Notes under the pieces: model-generated
What the model was told of the DNA's origin: nothing
The model's database searches: none
The model's input: only the letters and a program-made list of their open reading frames with translations
Part shown: positions 26,630 through 34,647 of the stretch, piece by piece
Layout of the letters: each line of letters begins with the position of its first letter
How positions within the stretch are numbered: position 1 is the stretch's first letter
Position numbers and translations under genes: made by a program
Source of the DNA: an uncultured Gammaproteobacteria bacterium
Lineage (GTDB): Bacteria; Patescibacteriota; Patescibacteriia; Buchananbacterales; UBA6539
Assembly (NCBI GenBank): GCA_964497245.1
Contig: CAZCCC010000003.1
Span: 1 to 61,838 of the forward strand
Length of the DNA stretch: 61,838 nucleotides
Direction of reading: 5' to 3'

Positions 26630-27878
26630 TGGATTTTTTTTTCCTCATTAATGATTTTGGTTCAATTTTATATTTTTCTAAATTTTCAACTTCAAAATTG
26701 AAAATTTTTGAGGCGTCTCCTTTAGCCTCTTTTATCTTTTCACCTTTATTATTCTTTAGGTCCCTGACTTTTATTTGATAGATTGATTTTGGAGTAATAA
26801 TTTCTATAGAGCTGCCGTTTTCCAATATATTATGCACTCTTGCATAAATTCTGCTATCTTTGACTTGTAGGATTTCCCCTTTAAACTCCCATTTATTTTT
26901 TGGCTTTGAGGTTTTAAAGTTCATTAATTTATCATGGTTTTTTTCAAACATGAATCCGGTTTCGTATCCTCGATTTTCTACTTTTTCCAATTCTTTTTTT
27001 ATCTTGTAAATTATTATAACTTTTTCTTTTTCAGGCCTATTTGAAAAAATTAAGTCAATTGCTTGGCGGTATGCTTTAGTTGCTACCGCTAAATAGTATA
27101 TGCTTTTTGTCCGTCCCTCCAGCTTAAAGGAAGAAATTCCAGAATCAATTAATTCTTTTAAGTGATCAATCAGACACAGATCTTTTGAATTCAAAATATA
27201 AGTTCCTTTTTTATCTTCTGTGATTGGGATTAGCATTCCTGGTCGCAAAGGCTCTTCAAGGTACAAATTATAGTTCCACCTGCAAGGTTGAGTACAAAGT
27301 CCTTTATTTGCACTTCTTCCCGTAAGCCATGATGAGAGATAACATCTACCCGAATAACTCATACACATTGCTCCATGGACAAAAATTTCAAGGTCTACTT
27401 TTTTTACTAATTTATGTATTTTTTTTATATCATCTAAATTCACTTCTCTGCCCAGGATTATTCTTTTAATTCCCAAGTCTTTCCAAAAGCTTACTGCTTG
27501 GTGATTCAAGGTGTTAGCTTGAGTTGAAAGAAAAATATGAATTTTTGGTAATATTTTTTTTACAATTTTCAATACGCCGGGATCGGATATGATTAGTGCA
27601 TCCGGCGGACATTCTTTAAGATTTTTCAAATGCTTTTCAATTTTGGGCAAGTCTTCATTCTTTGGAAAAATATTAATAGTTATATATATCTTTTTTTTGT
27701 TCAGTTTTGTATATTCAATACCTTCAATTAATGTTTTTAGATTAAATCCAGTTTTTGCTCTGAGAGAAAAAATAGGCAGTCCACAATAAACCGCATCAGC
27801 GCCATACTCAAAGGCGTATTTTAATTTTTTTAAATCACCTGCAGGGGCAAGAAGTTCAGGTTTTATATTTTTTTTCAT
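26586..27878 (-). CDS. peptidase U32 family protein
   Basis: N-terminus PELLAPAGDLKKLKYAFEYGADAVYCG and ...EIFVHGAMCMSYSGRCYLSSW are typical U32. Its 3' end overlaps the convergent gene by 44 nt. Confidence 0.85.
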   Translation of the reverse strand: MKKNIKPELLAPAGDLKKLKYAFEYGADAVYCGLPIFSLRAKTGFNLKTLIEGIEYTKLNKKKIYITINIFPKNEDLPKIEKHLKNLKECPPDALIISDPGVLKIVKKILPKIHIFLSTQANTLNHQAVSFWKDLGIKRIILGREVNLDDIKKIHKLVKKVDLEIFVHGAMCMSYSGRCYLSSWLTGRSANKGLCTQPCRWNYNLYLEEPLRPGMLIPITEDKKGTYILNSKDLCLIDHLKELIDSGISSFKLEGRTKSIYYLAVATKAYRQAIDLIFSNRPEKEKVIIIYKIKKELEKVENRGYETGFMFEKNHDKLMNFKTSKPKNKWEFKGEILQVKDSRIYARVHNILENGSSIEIITPKSIYQIKVRDLKNNKGEKIKEAKGDASKIFNFEVENLEKYKIEPKSLMRKKKSTNSLQNSVLEKTLR

Positions 27879-28015
27879 TTTTTATTACTTATTTAGTTTT
27901 TTATAATCCACAACTTATTCAGAAAAAATCCTTGACAAACTTTTTATTTTTTCTTGGGTAATTTAGAGTCAAATTGACCAGTGGATAACTTATTTTTTAG
28001 TTCTGAATAAAATTT

Positions 28016-28176
28016 GTATTCAGCTTTTTTGTCTTTTTTATTAGCGACGTAGAGCGAGTGAAACAATCCGCCAAAGGCGGATTGTTTCCGAGCCGAGGAG
28101 CCAAAAAGGGTTAATACCCCGCAGCTTGCTGCGGAAGAAGTAGGCGGAGCTTGCTCCGAGGTTAATACCCTTTATT
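28016..28176. repeat. dispersed intergenic repeat, copy 1 (longer; carries an extra hairpin)
   Basis: It shares GTATTCAG-T-run-ATTrGCGACG...AGCCAAAAAGGGTTAATrCCCCG...(variable hairpin)...GGTTAATACCCTTTATT with 58427-58534. The right end overlaps the last codons and stop of rdgB. Confidence 0.55.
28060..28088. repeat. perfect 13-bp inverted repeat (hairpin) present only in repeat copy 1
   Basis: GAAACAATCCGCC-aaa-GGCGGATTGTTTC. It lies within a roughly 45-nt segment that is absent from copy 2. Confidence 0.7.
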
Positions 28177-28757
28177 TATTGATTTTATAAATAATTTAAG
28201 TTTTTTTAAGGCAATTGACCGATGACTAATTTTATTTTTTTGTACCCAATTCATTTGAGCGAAAGTTTTTTTGTGGCCAGAAGGAATAAATATTGTATCA
28301 TACTCAAGGCCCGATCTTGGTCTTCCTGCCGGAATCTTTGTAATTTTTCCATTTATCTCCCCTTTGAACATAATTGATTTCCCTTCAGGTGAAACTAGAA
28401 CTATTACTAACTTAAAACAAGCCCCTCTTTTGTTTTCATTAAATTTTGCCAATTGTTTTAATGTATATGATTCAATATTTTCACCTTTTGTCCAGCGATT
28501 ACTTCCTACTCCAGGACTTCCTTTAAGGGCATCTATAAATATTCCCGAGTCGTCGGCAATTACCCACTCATTGGTTATTTTATTTATCTTAGTGGCTTTT
28601 TTTAAAGCGTTTTCTTCTAAAGTTTTTTATCCTCTACTATTTCTTCATTGATATTTAGGTCGCCCGTTGGAACAATTTTTATTTTCAAATCAGAAAGTAT
28701 CTCCGAAATTTCTTTTATCTTGCCTTTATTTTTTGTGGCAAAGATTATCCTGTCCAT
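28162..28757 (-). pseudogene. rdgB: non-canonical purine NTP pyrophosphatase (RdgB/HAM1 family), interrupted by a 1-nt frameshift in an A6 run
   Basis: Frame 1 (28757-28617) reads MDRIIFATKNKGKIKEISEILSDL...EEIVEDKKL then a stop. After the A6/T6 run at 28623-28628 the next frame continues KTLEENALKKAT...WVIADDSGIFIDALKGSPGVGSNRW...FIPSGHKKTFAQM. Seven A's would restore one ORF. Confidence 0.75.
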
Positions 28758-28760
28758 AAA

Positions 28761-29165
28761 TTAAATATCAAATGAAACAAAAGTTTCAAAACCATCGCCT
28801 GTTTTACTAATTATTAAATGCCTTGACGCCAATGATTTTATTGATTCTTTAAGGTTAGATCTTCTGCCATATGCGACGGCATCTAATTCAGTTTCGGTTA
28901 TTTTTTCAAAGTAGAAATTATTATAACAAACTTTTTTCTGCTCTGAAAAATATAGCAACAATGATAGCCAATCTGCCAAAAGAAGTTCTTTACTCCTTGA
29001 TCTGATATTAATTTTTTCTTTTACTTCGTAGCCGGGTATCTCAATATTTTTTGGATACAAAAAAGTCATCATTGCTATTCCGGCATTAAAAAATAAATCA
29101 GTCATATTCTTGCCGAATATTTTTATTTTGAGACACCTTGGGTCTTGGATGTATTCAAATTTCAT
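28761..29165 (-). CDS. archease-like protein (divergent)
   Basis: MKFEY...DLFFNAGIAMM...LLLADWLSLLLY...VSFDI matches the overall archease layout. The usual N-terminal DHTAD motif is replaced by QDPRC. Confidence 0.5.
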   Translation of the reverse strand: MKFEYIQDPRCLKIKIFGKNMTDLFFNAGIAMMTFLYPKNIEIPGYEVKEKINIRSRSKELLLADWLSLLLYFSEQKKVCYNNFYFEKITETELDAVAYGRRSNLKESIKSLASRHLIISKTGDGFETFVSFDI

Positions 29166-29219
29166 AAATCAAAGTATAAAAAAACTCCATATAGGGAGCT
29201 GCGTAAGATTTAGACAAGC

Positions 29220-29777
29220 TTAGTTTACTTCTTTTAGTAGAACATTCTCTATAAATATTCCGCGTGGATAAAGGATCCTCTCAAGTTCCTGTCTTGCACT
29301 TATTTCAACCTCTGCTCTTTTTGTCGTGGTTATTTCCTGTAGATCATATTTAGCTCCAATCATTCTTACTCTGCTTTGAATTGTCGGGCGAACAATTTTT
29401 TCTAAAAATTTTTCACCAATGCTTTGCCAAATTTCCGGTATCTGCTCCGGATCAAGTCTTAGCAGTATAGTGCCCTCTATGGATATTTTTTTACCATCCT
29501 TAGTCGTAGCGGTTATCGGTTGATCCCCCAATATTTCTGGTTTATCGGGGTTAAATTTCTTACTTATATCATATTCAAGCGTTTGGGTATTAAAAAGCAT
29601 TGCCTTTTGCCAAAAAGGAATTTTTAAATGAAGTCCTGGTTTATATATTTTTTTGAGCACTCCCCTTCCTAGGTCATATACAGCCGCAACATAACCAGGG
29701 GGCACATGTATGAAAAAACCTTTTAAAACATCCTCAACGACGAATGAGTACATCATTTTATCTAATCCATCTGACAT
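29220..29777 (-). CDS. SPFH/band-7 (prohibitin/HflC-like) domain protein
   Basis: PPGYVAAVYDLGRGVLKKIYKPGLHLKIPFWQKAMLFNTQTLEYD and ...IVRPTIQSRVRMIGAKY are typical SPFH. No clear N-terminal TM helix is present. Confidence 0.75.
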   Translation of the reverse strand: MSDGLDKMMYSFVVEDVLKGFFIHVPPGYVAAVYDLGRGVLKKIYKPGLHLKIPFWQKAMLFNTQTLEYDISKKFNPDKPEILGDQPITATTKDGKKISIEGTILLRLDPEQIPEIWQSIGEKFLEKIVRPTIQSRVRMIGAKYDLQEITTTKRAEVEISARQELERILYPRGIFIENVLLKEVN

Positions 29778-29794
29778 ATTTTTGGTAAGATTAT

Positions 29795-30511
29795 TTAAGC
29801 CTTTTTGACTTTGTTTTTAAGACCTAATTTTATTAAACCTATTATTATTGATATTATAGAAGAAAAAATAAGGGATGTCAAAAAGAATAATGACATTACC
29901 GAAGGAAATAAAGTTAAAAATAAAAAGAATGCTATTGGTAATAGAACAGCATAGATCCTTTCTTTTTTAGAAGGCTGGTCGCTTGAACTCCATATCCCGG
30001 CCATCATAAAGACAAACATACATAAAGCGGTTATTGCCGTTATTGTTAAATCTTTTTGGCTGAGGTCAAGCCATAAAAATTTTGTATTAATAAAATCAGG
30101 CGGCGAAACTTGAGAGTATAACATATGCCTTTTTTCTTCAGTATATATACCGCCTAAAAAAACCCTGCGCAGCAGAAATAGCACCAGAAGCTGGCTTCCT
30201 AAAACTATTATTTTAGCCCAAGGTCTTATTTTCTTCTTTTTTAAAAGTTTTCTTATCGCTTCTTTTCTTTTTACCGGATCATTTATATAGTCTTTGTCTA
30301 TTTGGTTTATTTCAATTTTTAATTTTTCGCTTATAATTTTTCCTTTTTCAGCAAGTATGGTAAAAGGCAAAAGCAGCGTTCTTAAACCAACTGTTAATAT
30401 TATAACAGCAATTCCCATATTGAAAAAAGAGTGATTGGAGTATGTCCAAACCAGCAGATTAAAGGTTGGAATATAAAGATATTGATCCCAAATTAAAGAA
30501 AAAATTTCCAT
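29795..30511 (-). CDS. yidC: membrane protein insertase YidC/Oxa1 family (short form)
   Basis: MGIAVIILTVGLRTLLLPFTI, a charged loop ...KRKEAIRKLLKKKKIRPW, and a multi-TM layout of short YidC. Confidence 0.8.
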   Translation of the reverse strand: MEIFSLIWDQYLYIPTFNLLVWTYSNHSFFNMGIAVIILTVGLRTLLLPFTILAEKGKIISEKLKIEINQIDKDYINDPVKRKEAIRKLLKKKKIRPWAKIIVLGSQLLVLFLLRRVFLGGIYTEEKRHMLYSQVSPPDFINTKFLWLDLSQKDLTITAITALCMFVFMMAGIWSSSDQPSKKERIYAVLLPIAFFLFLTLFPSVMSLFFLTSLIFSSIISIIIGLIKLGLKNKVKKA

Positions 30512-30544
30512 ATATAGAGTTATGAGTAAGTTTCAACGGCAAGA

Positions 30545-30615
30545 CTCGGGGACCAGGAGTCGAACCTGGATTGACGGGACCAAAACCCGTTGTCCTACCA
30601 TTAGACGATCCCCGA
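30545..30615 (-). tRNA. tRNA-Gln (anticodon UUG)
   Basis: Hand-folded cloverleaf: acceptor TCGGGGA/TCCCCGA, anticodon stem ACGGG/CCCGT, loop TTTTGGT, T-arm CCAGG-TTCGACT-CCTGG. The CCA is not encoded. Confidence 0.9.
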
Positions 30616-30650
30616 GGCCTGCCACTGAAATTATTGAAAAACAACTATAA

Positions 30651-30679
30651 ACATTATTACTAAAATTGTTTTATGTCAA
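30651..30679 (-). promoter_or_regulatory. sigma70-type promoter TTGACA-N17-TAATGT for tRNA-Gln
   Basis: The minus strand reads TTGACA (30679-30674), a 17-nt spacer, then TAATGT (30656-30651). It lies about 35 nt upstream of the tRNA 5' end. Confidence 0.5.
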
Positions 30680-30722
30680 GAATATTATCAGGGTTTTAAA
30701 TATCTTAATATATAAATCTTTA

Positions 30723-31646
30723 TTATACTTTAAGATATCTTCTTATCGCTATACTGCTGCCGATTATATTCAGAAGAATAATAACTAGAATTTCTAATCC
30801 AAAAATCTGCCAAAAGTTGCTAGTAAAATATTGAACTATATCAAACTGGTCGCTTAAAAAGAATTTTTCTATTTGAGGCTGAATGAAGTTAAGTAAGGGG
30901 TATACAATAAGAATTGAAATACTGCAAGCAATAATTCCATATAATACAGCTTCAAGTAAAAAGGGACTCCTGATGAACCAATTAGTGGCACCAACTAGTT
31001 TCATAATTGCTATTTCCTGCTGATGGGTATAAATAGCAACTCTTATCGTGTTGAAGACGATAAGCAGGGCAATCAGTATAAATATTCCTGAAACAAGTAC
31101 CCCGACCTTTCTAACGTTATTGGAAATATTATTAATTTTAGCAATATAATTTTTTATCTTTTGATCGTCAAAATTTTTTTCAGAAACAAGCTGGTTGTAT
31201 TTTGAACTTGTTAGAATTTCTATGATTTCAGGGTAATCAGAAAGTTTTTTTGCTTTTATTTGAAGTGTCGCTTCAATCGGATTTGAATCAAGTTGGTCTA
31301 AAGATTCAATTATTATTGGATCATAATAATGTTCCTTTCGGAACTTTTCCAAAGCATCTTCCTGCGATATGTATTGGATTTCTTTTACCTGAGTTAAAGA
31401 TGAAAGATAGGTTTTAGCTTCAAGTATTTGCGGCTCTAGCACATCTGGATAAAAATAAACGCTCACATTTACTTTTTCTTCAACTTCATTAATTGCAACT
31501 TGAGTAATGACATTAATAATAATTAAAAAATTTATTGAAATAAATGCAAGGACAATTATAGTTATTGTTACAACCGATAGCCATATGTTGCGCCAAAAAC
31601 CTTGCCAGGCGAAAATGAATATTCGGTAGATTGAAGATATGTTCAT
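30723..31646 (-). CDS. ftsX: cell division permease FtsX
   Basis: Four-TM ABC-permease-like layout with a large first extracytoplasmic loop, and ...IAIMKLVGATNWFIRSPFLLE. It lies directly downstream of ftsE. Confidence 0.85.
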   Translation of the reverse strand: MNISSIYRIFIFAWQGFWRNIWLSVVTITIIVLAFISINFLIIINVITQVAINEVEEKVNVSVYFYPDVLEPQILEAKTYLSSLTQVKEIQYISQEDALEKFRKEHYYDPIIIESLDQLDSNPIEATLQIKAKKLSDYPEIIEILTSSKYNQLVSEKNFDDQKIKNYIAKINNISNNVRKVGVLVSGIFILIALLIVFNTIRVAIYTHQQEIAIMKLVGATNWFIRSPFLLEAVLYGIIACSISILIVYPLLNFIQPQIEKFFLSDQFDIVQYFTSNFWQIFGLEILVIILLNIIGSSIAIRRYLKV

Positions 31647-31650
31647 ATGT

Positions 31651-32331
31651 TTAAAGAATATATTTACCTATTTTTTGATCGGAAATTATTGATCCGTTAT
31701 CTAATGCTATTACTCTTTTATTGATTGAATTAACTACTTCACGATTGTGGGTAACCAAAACTACGGTAGTACCGAATTCATTGATTTTTAGTAGTAAATC
31801 TATTATTTCTCTGGTGTTTATTGAGTCCAAGTTTCCTGTAGGCTCATCAGCAAGAAGTATTTTTGGTCGATGGACCAAGGCTCTGGCGACTGCCACTCTT
31901 TGTTGCTCTCCTCCAGATAGTTGTACGGGATATCGCCTTTCTTTATTATTAAGCCCAACTATTTTTATTACTTGAGGAACTATATTTTTAATTTTTTTTC
32001 TTTCATTGCCGCAGACTTCCAAAGCAAATGAAATATTTTCGAAAACAGTTTTTTTAGGCAGAAGTTTAAAATCCTGGAAAACTACGCCCATTTGGCGCCT
32101 TAGGATCGGAATTTCGCTTGATTTTATTTCAGTTATATCCCAGCCCCCGACTATGATTTTTCCTCTCGTTGGGCTTTCTTCCGCCGTCAGTATTTTTACC
32201 AAAGTTGTTTTACCAGTACCACTGCGACCTACTATTGATACAAATTCTTTAGGTTTTATATGCAGGTTAACATTTTTCAAGGCGAAAATATCAGTTGCAT
32301 ACATCTTTGTTATATTTTTTAAGATTATCAT
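31651..32331 (-). CDS. ftsE: cell division ATP-binding protein FtsE
   Basis: Walker A GRSGTGKTT, ABC signature LSGGEQQRVAVARAL, Walker B ILLADEPTGNLD. Confidence 0.9.
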   Translation of the reverse strand: MIILKNITKMYATDIFALKNVNLHIKPKEFVSIVGRSGTGKTTLVKILTAEESPTRGKIIVGGWDITEIKSSEIPILRRQMGVVFQDFKLLPKKTVFENISFALEVCGNERKKIKNIVPQVIKIVGLNNKERRYPVQLSGGEQQRVAVARALVHRPKILLADEPTGNLDSINTREIIDLLLKINEFGTTVVLVTHNREVVNSINKRVIALDNGSIISDQKIGKYIL

Positions 32332-32439
32332 TTGTTTTTATTTAGACTTTTATTATTTTTTATTTTTTTATATAATAATTAGCAGTACTAATATTTTTTT
32401 AAGCAGAAATTAAATACTTAGCTTGTTTTGCTGTTTTGA

Positions 32440-32510
32440 GCGGGATTAGTTAATCGGTTTAACATCACCTTCCCAAGGTGGAAAGACGGGTTCGACTCCC
32501 GTATCCCGCT
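32440..32510 (+). tRNA. tRNA-Gly (anticodon CCC)
   Basis: Acceptor GCGGGAT/ATCCCGC, anticodon loop TTCCCAA, T-arm ACGGG-TTCGACT-CCCGT. The CCA is not encoded. Confidence 0.9.
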
Positions 32511-32561
32511 CAGATCAGCCAAATAGGTATAAAAATCGTGCTTATTCCCACGTTTTTTAGC

Positions 32562-32637
32562 GCCAAGATAGCTCAATTGGCAGAGCAACGGTATCGTAAA
32601 CCGTAGGTTGTGGGTTCAAATCCCACTCTTGGCTCCA
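32562..32637 (+). tRNA. tRNA-Thr (anticodon CGU)
   Basis: Acceptor GCCAAGA/TCTTGGC, D-arm GCTC-AATTGGCA-GAGC, anticodon stem ACGGT/ACCGT with loop ATCGTAA, T-arm GTGGG-TTCAAAT-CCCAC. The CCA is encoded. Confidence 0.9.
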
Positions 32638-32656
32638 AAAAACGCGGGATTATTAT

Positions 32657-33784
32657 TTATATTTGTAAAAATCGCCAAACCTTGGCTGATTTTTTCATTT
32701 CTTCCAAGTAACTATTTAGATTTTTTCCTCTTATTAGTATGTGTTTTACTCTCACTTGTGTTATTTTTCCATTTTCAGCAGCTAATTTTTCTTCCATTTT
32801 TATGATATGAAATCCAAGCCGAGTTTTTATAATGCCGCTTATTTCTTTTGGTTTAAGTTCAAAAACAGCTTTTTCAAATTCAGGGAACATTTGACCTTGA
32901 CTGAAATAGCCAAGATCACCTCCCCTTATGGCTGTAACGTCTTCGCTGTATTTTTCAGCAAGATATTCAAACGATTGATGATTATTATTTAGTTCTTCTT
33001 CAATAAATTTTATTTTTCTAAGGGAATCTTGATTTAGACGTTCATCAAAATTTAAGGCAATTTCGACTTTACCCTTGATTATTATTGATTTGACAATTTT
33101 TTCTTCAAACTCCTCAATAGTCCAATTATACAAATAATTAAGCTGATTTTCCAAATGCTCTATGCCGCCGATTTCTTCAGATAATTTTTGAGTATAATCC
33201 TTTATTTCTTGGCGATTTGTTTCTATACCATAGCTTTTTGCCAGCTGATTTAATAGTTCTTGGGTAATTAACCTTTCTAAAACGTGTTTTTTAGTTTCTT
33301 GCAATTCAGGAATTTTTAAAAGAATATTTTCAGTTGTTTGCTGCTTATATAAATGAATTAAAGCTTCGGTTTCTCCTTGCCATAAATTATAGGATATTGG
33401 CTTAAAATTGACGACTGCTACAGGGTAAGGGATAATTTTGGTGATTTTTTTTGTTATTTCATTTTGCCAACAAAAGTAATATAAACACAAAGTAAAAGAT
33501 GAGAAGACAAATGCTACTATGATAAGTATGAGAATAAGTATTTTTGTCACCTCACTTTTATCCGACAAGCAAGAATGCTTGTTTTTTCTATTCTTTTTTT
33601 TAAATTCGTTTCTAACACCTGCCTCATCCTTTTTTTTAAAATTCAGAATTTTTTTTGATGTAAAGTCGTTTTTTGCTGCGTTTTTTTTGTTTTCCTTAAT
33701 ATTAATCCATTTTAACACGGCATTCCTTAGTTTTGCCATATCTTCATCACTATCTGGATTTTTTATTTTTTTTTCACTTAGCAT
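32657..33784 (-). CDS. membrane-anchored parvulin-type peptidyl-prolyl isomerase (PrsA/SurA/PpiD-like)
   Basis: One TM helix (ILILILIIVAFVFSSFTLCLYYF), a chaperone-like region, then DVTAIRGGDLGYFSQGQMFPEFEKAVFELKPKEISGIIKTRLGFHIIK. Confidence 0.8.
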   Translation of the reverse strand: MLSEKKIKNPDSDEDMAKLRNAVLKWINIKENKKNAAKNDFTSKKILNFKKKDEAGVRNEFKKKNRKNKHSCLSDKSEVTKILILILIIVAFVFSSFTLCLYYFCWQNEITKKITKIIPYPVAVVNFKPISYNLWQGETEALIHLYKQQTTENILLKIPELQETKKHVLERLITQELLNQLAKSYGIETNRQEIKDYTQKLSEEIGGIEHLENQLNYLYNWTIEEFEEKIVKSIIIKGKVEIALNFDERLNQDSLRKIKFIEEELNNNHQSFEYLAEKYSEDVTAIRGGDLGYFSQGQMFPEFEKAVFELKPKEISGIIKTRLGFHIIKMEEKLAAENGKITQVRVKHILIRGKNLNSYLEEMKKSAKVWRFLQI

Positions 33785-33790
33785 ATTTAT

Positions 33791-34183
33791 CTATTTAAAA
33801 AAGTAATCCCACCACTTCTGCGGATTGGTTTTTGCCAGTACATTTTTTTCTCCAGTTTTGTATTCATTTTCTTTTCCGCCCCTGGCTTCTGGAAGAATTA
33901 TGACTTTTTCACCTTGTTTTTTAAGGCCTAGACTTATTCTTGCCCGTTCTTCAATATAGGCGTCGGAATTAAAATATTCAATTAGTTCTTTTAATTCTAA
34001 ATTTTGTTTCTCAAGGTTTTGTATTTCATTTTGTAATAAAGTTATTTCTTCAGTGATTTGGTTTTTTTTCTGCAAACTTTTGACTAAATTAAGAATGATG
34101 AAGATCAAAACTAACAGCAGAAATATAAAAATAACCTTATTTAGCCATTTATTTTTTGATTTCCTAAAGTTAATTAACTTCAT
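33791..34183 (-). CDS. septum formation initiator (FtsB/DivIC-like)
   Basis: An N-terminal TM helix, a coiled coil (LLQNEIQNLEKQNLELKELI), then DAYIEERARISLGLKKQGEKVI. Confidence 0.65.
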   Translation of the reverse strand: MKLINFRKSKNKWLNKVIFIFLLLVLIFIILNLVKSLQKKNQITEEITLLQNEIQNLEKQNLELKELIEYFNSDAYIEERARISLGLKKQGEKVIILPEARGGKENEYKTGEKNVLAKTNPQKWWDYFFK

Positions 34184-34197
34184 GGTAATACTTTTTA

Positions 34198-34226
34198 ATT
34201 ATATCAATTTTTTACTTTTTTTTCAA
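34198..34226 (-). promoter_or_regulatory. sigma70-type promoter TTGAAA-N17-TATAAT
   Basis: The minus strand reads TTGAAA (34226-34221), a 17-nt spacer, then TATAAT (34203-34198). It leaves only a very short leader before the ATG at 34183. Confidence 0.4.
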
Positions 34227-34647
34227 CTTACCGTTGTTGAAGATTTTTTACAAATCAGAATAAAGCCGTTTTTAGAGGATGAATTTTATGTTAAAATATT
34301 TTCTATATTTTTTTAGTCTTATATCGGCTTCCAGTGGCAAGAGCCCCCTTTTTTAAATTAAGAATATTAAAAACCTCATCTATTTTTAGGCTTTAAAGAT
34401 TTTTCTCATTAATTATAGCATAAAAAAAGTCAGCTGGTAATTTGCTGATAATTTAATAATAAAAAAAACAGATTATGTCGATCTACACTAACCCTTAATT
34501 GGTGTTTTTATTCCGGTTGATGTTAAATTATTGTAAGTGTGGCTTTATTTGATATTTAACTGATTAAAATTTGGATTTTAGAATATGGAAAGTTAGAATT
34601 GTTTAATATAAATTGTTTATGGGCAAATATCATTCGCCAGTTGAGTT

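Noticed and set aside
27900-27995. DnaA-box-like 9-mers: TAATCCACA near 27906, TTATCCACT on the minus strand near 27981-27989, and TTATCCACC near 36407-36415 upstream of dnaB. They could suggest an oriC.
   Set aside because: These are only isolated 8/9 matches rather than a cluster. There is no dnaA/dnaN nearby and no obvious strand-bias switch, since genes stay on the minus strand on both sides. In DNA this AT-rich, such 9-mers are expected by chance.
28101-28176. Paired GGTTAATACCC units with a roughly 40-nt variable spacer, which look superficially CRISPR-like
   Set aside because: There are only two units per locus. The units are about 11-17 nt, far shorter than CRISPR repeats. There are no cas genes, and the spacers are themselves hairpins. 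I treat it as a dispersed structured repeat instead.
30459-30644. 61-aa minus-strand ORF from the track
   Set aside because: It is almost entirely the tRNA-Gln gene (30545-30615) and its flanks. The peptide (GRPRGSSNGRTTGFGPVNPGSTPGP) is just translated tRNA sequence.
32608-32805. 65-aa plus-strand ORF from the track
   Set aside because: It starts inside tRNA-Thr and runs antisense into the 3' end of the well-supported parvulin gene. It has a low-complexity hydrophobic composition typical of AT-rich antisense frames.
34184-34647. 464-bp ORF-free AT-rich spacer between the patatin gene and the FtsB-like gene
   Set aside because: It contains only a weak terminator-like hairpin (TCAGC/GCTGA plus a T-run, 34421-34448, minus strand) and promoter-like elements. 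I found no repeats, RNA-like GC island or small ORF with an RBS. It is probably ordinary regulatory spacer.
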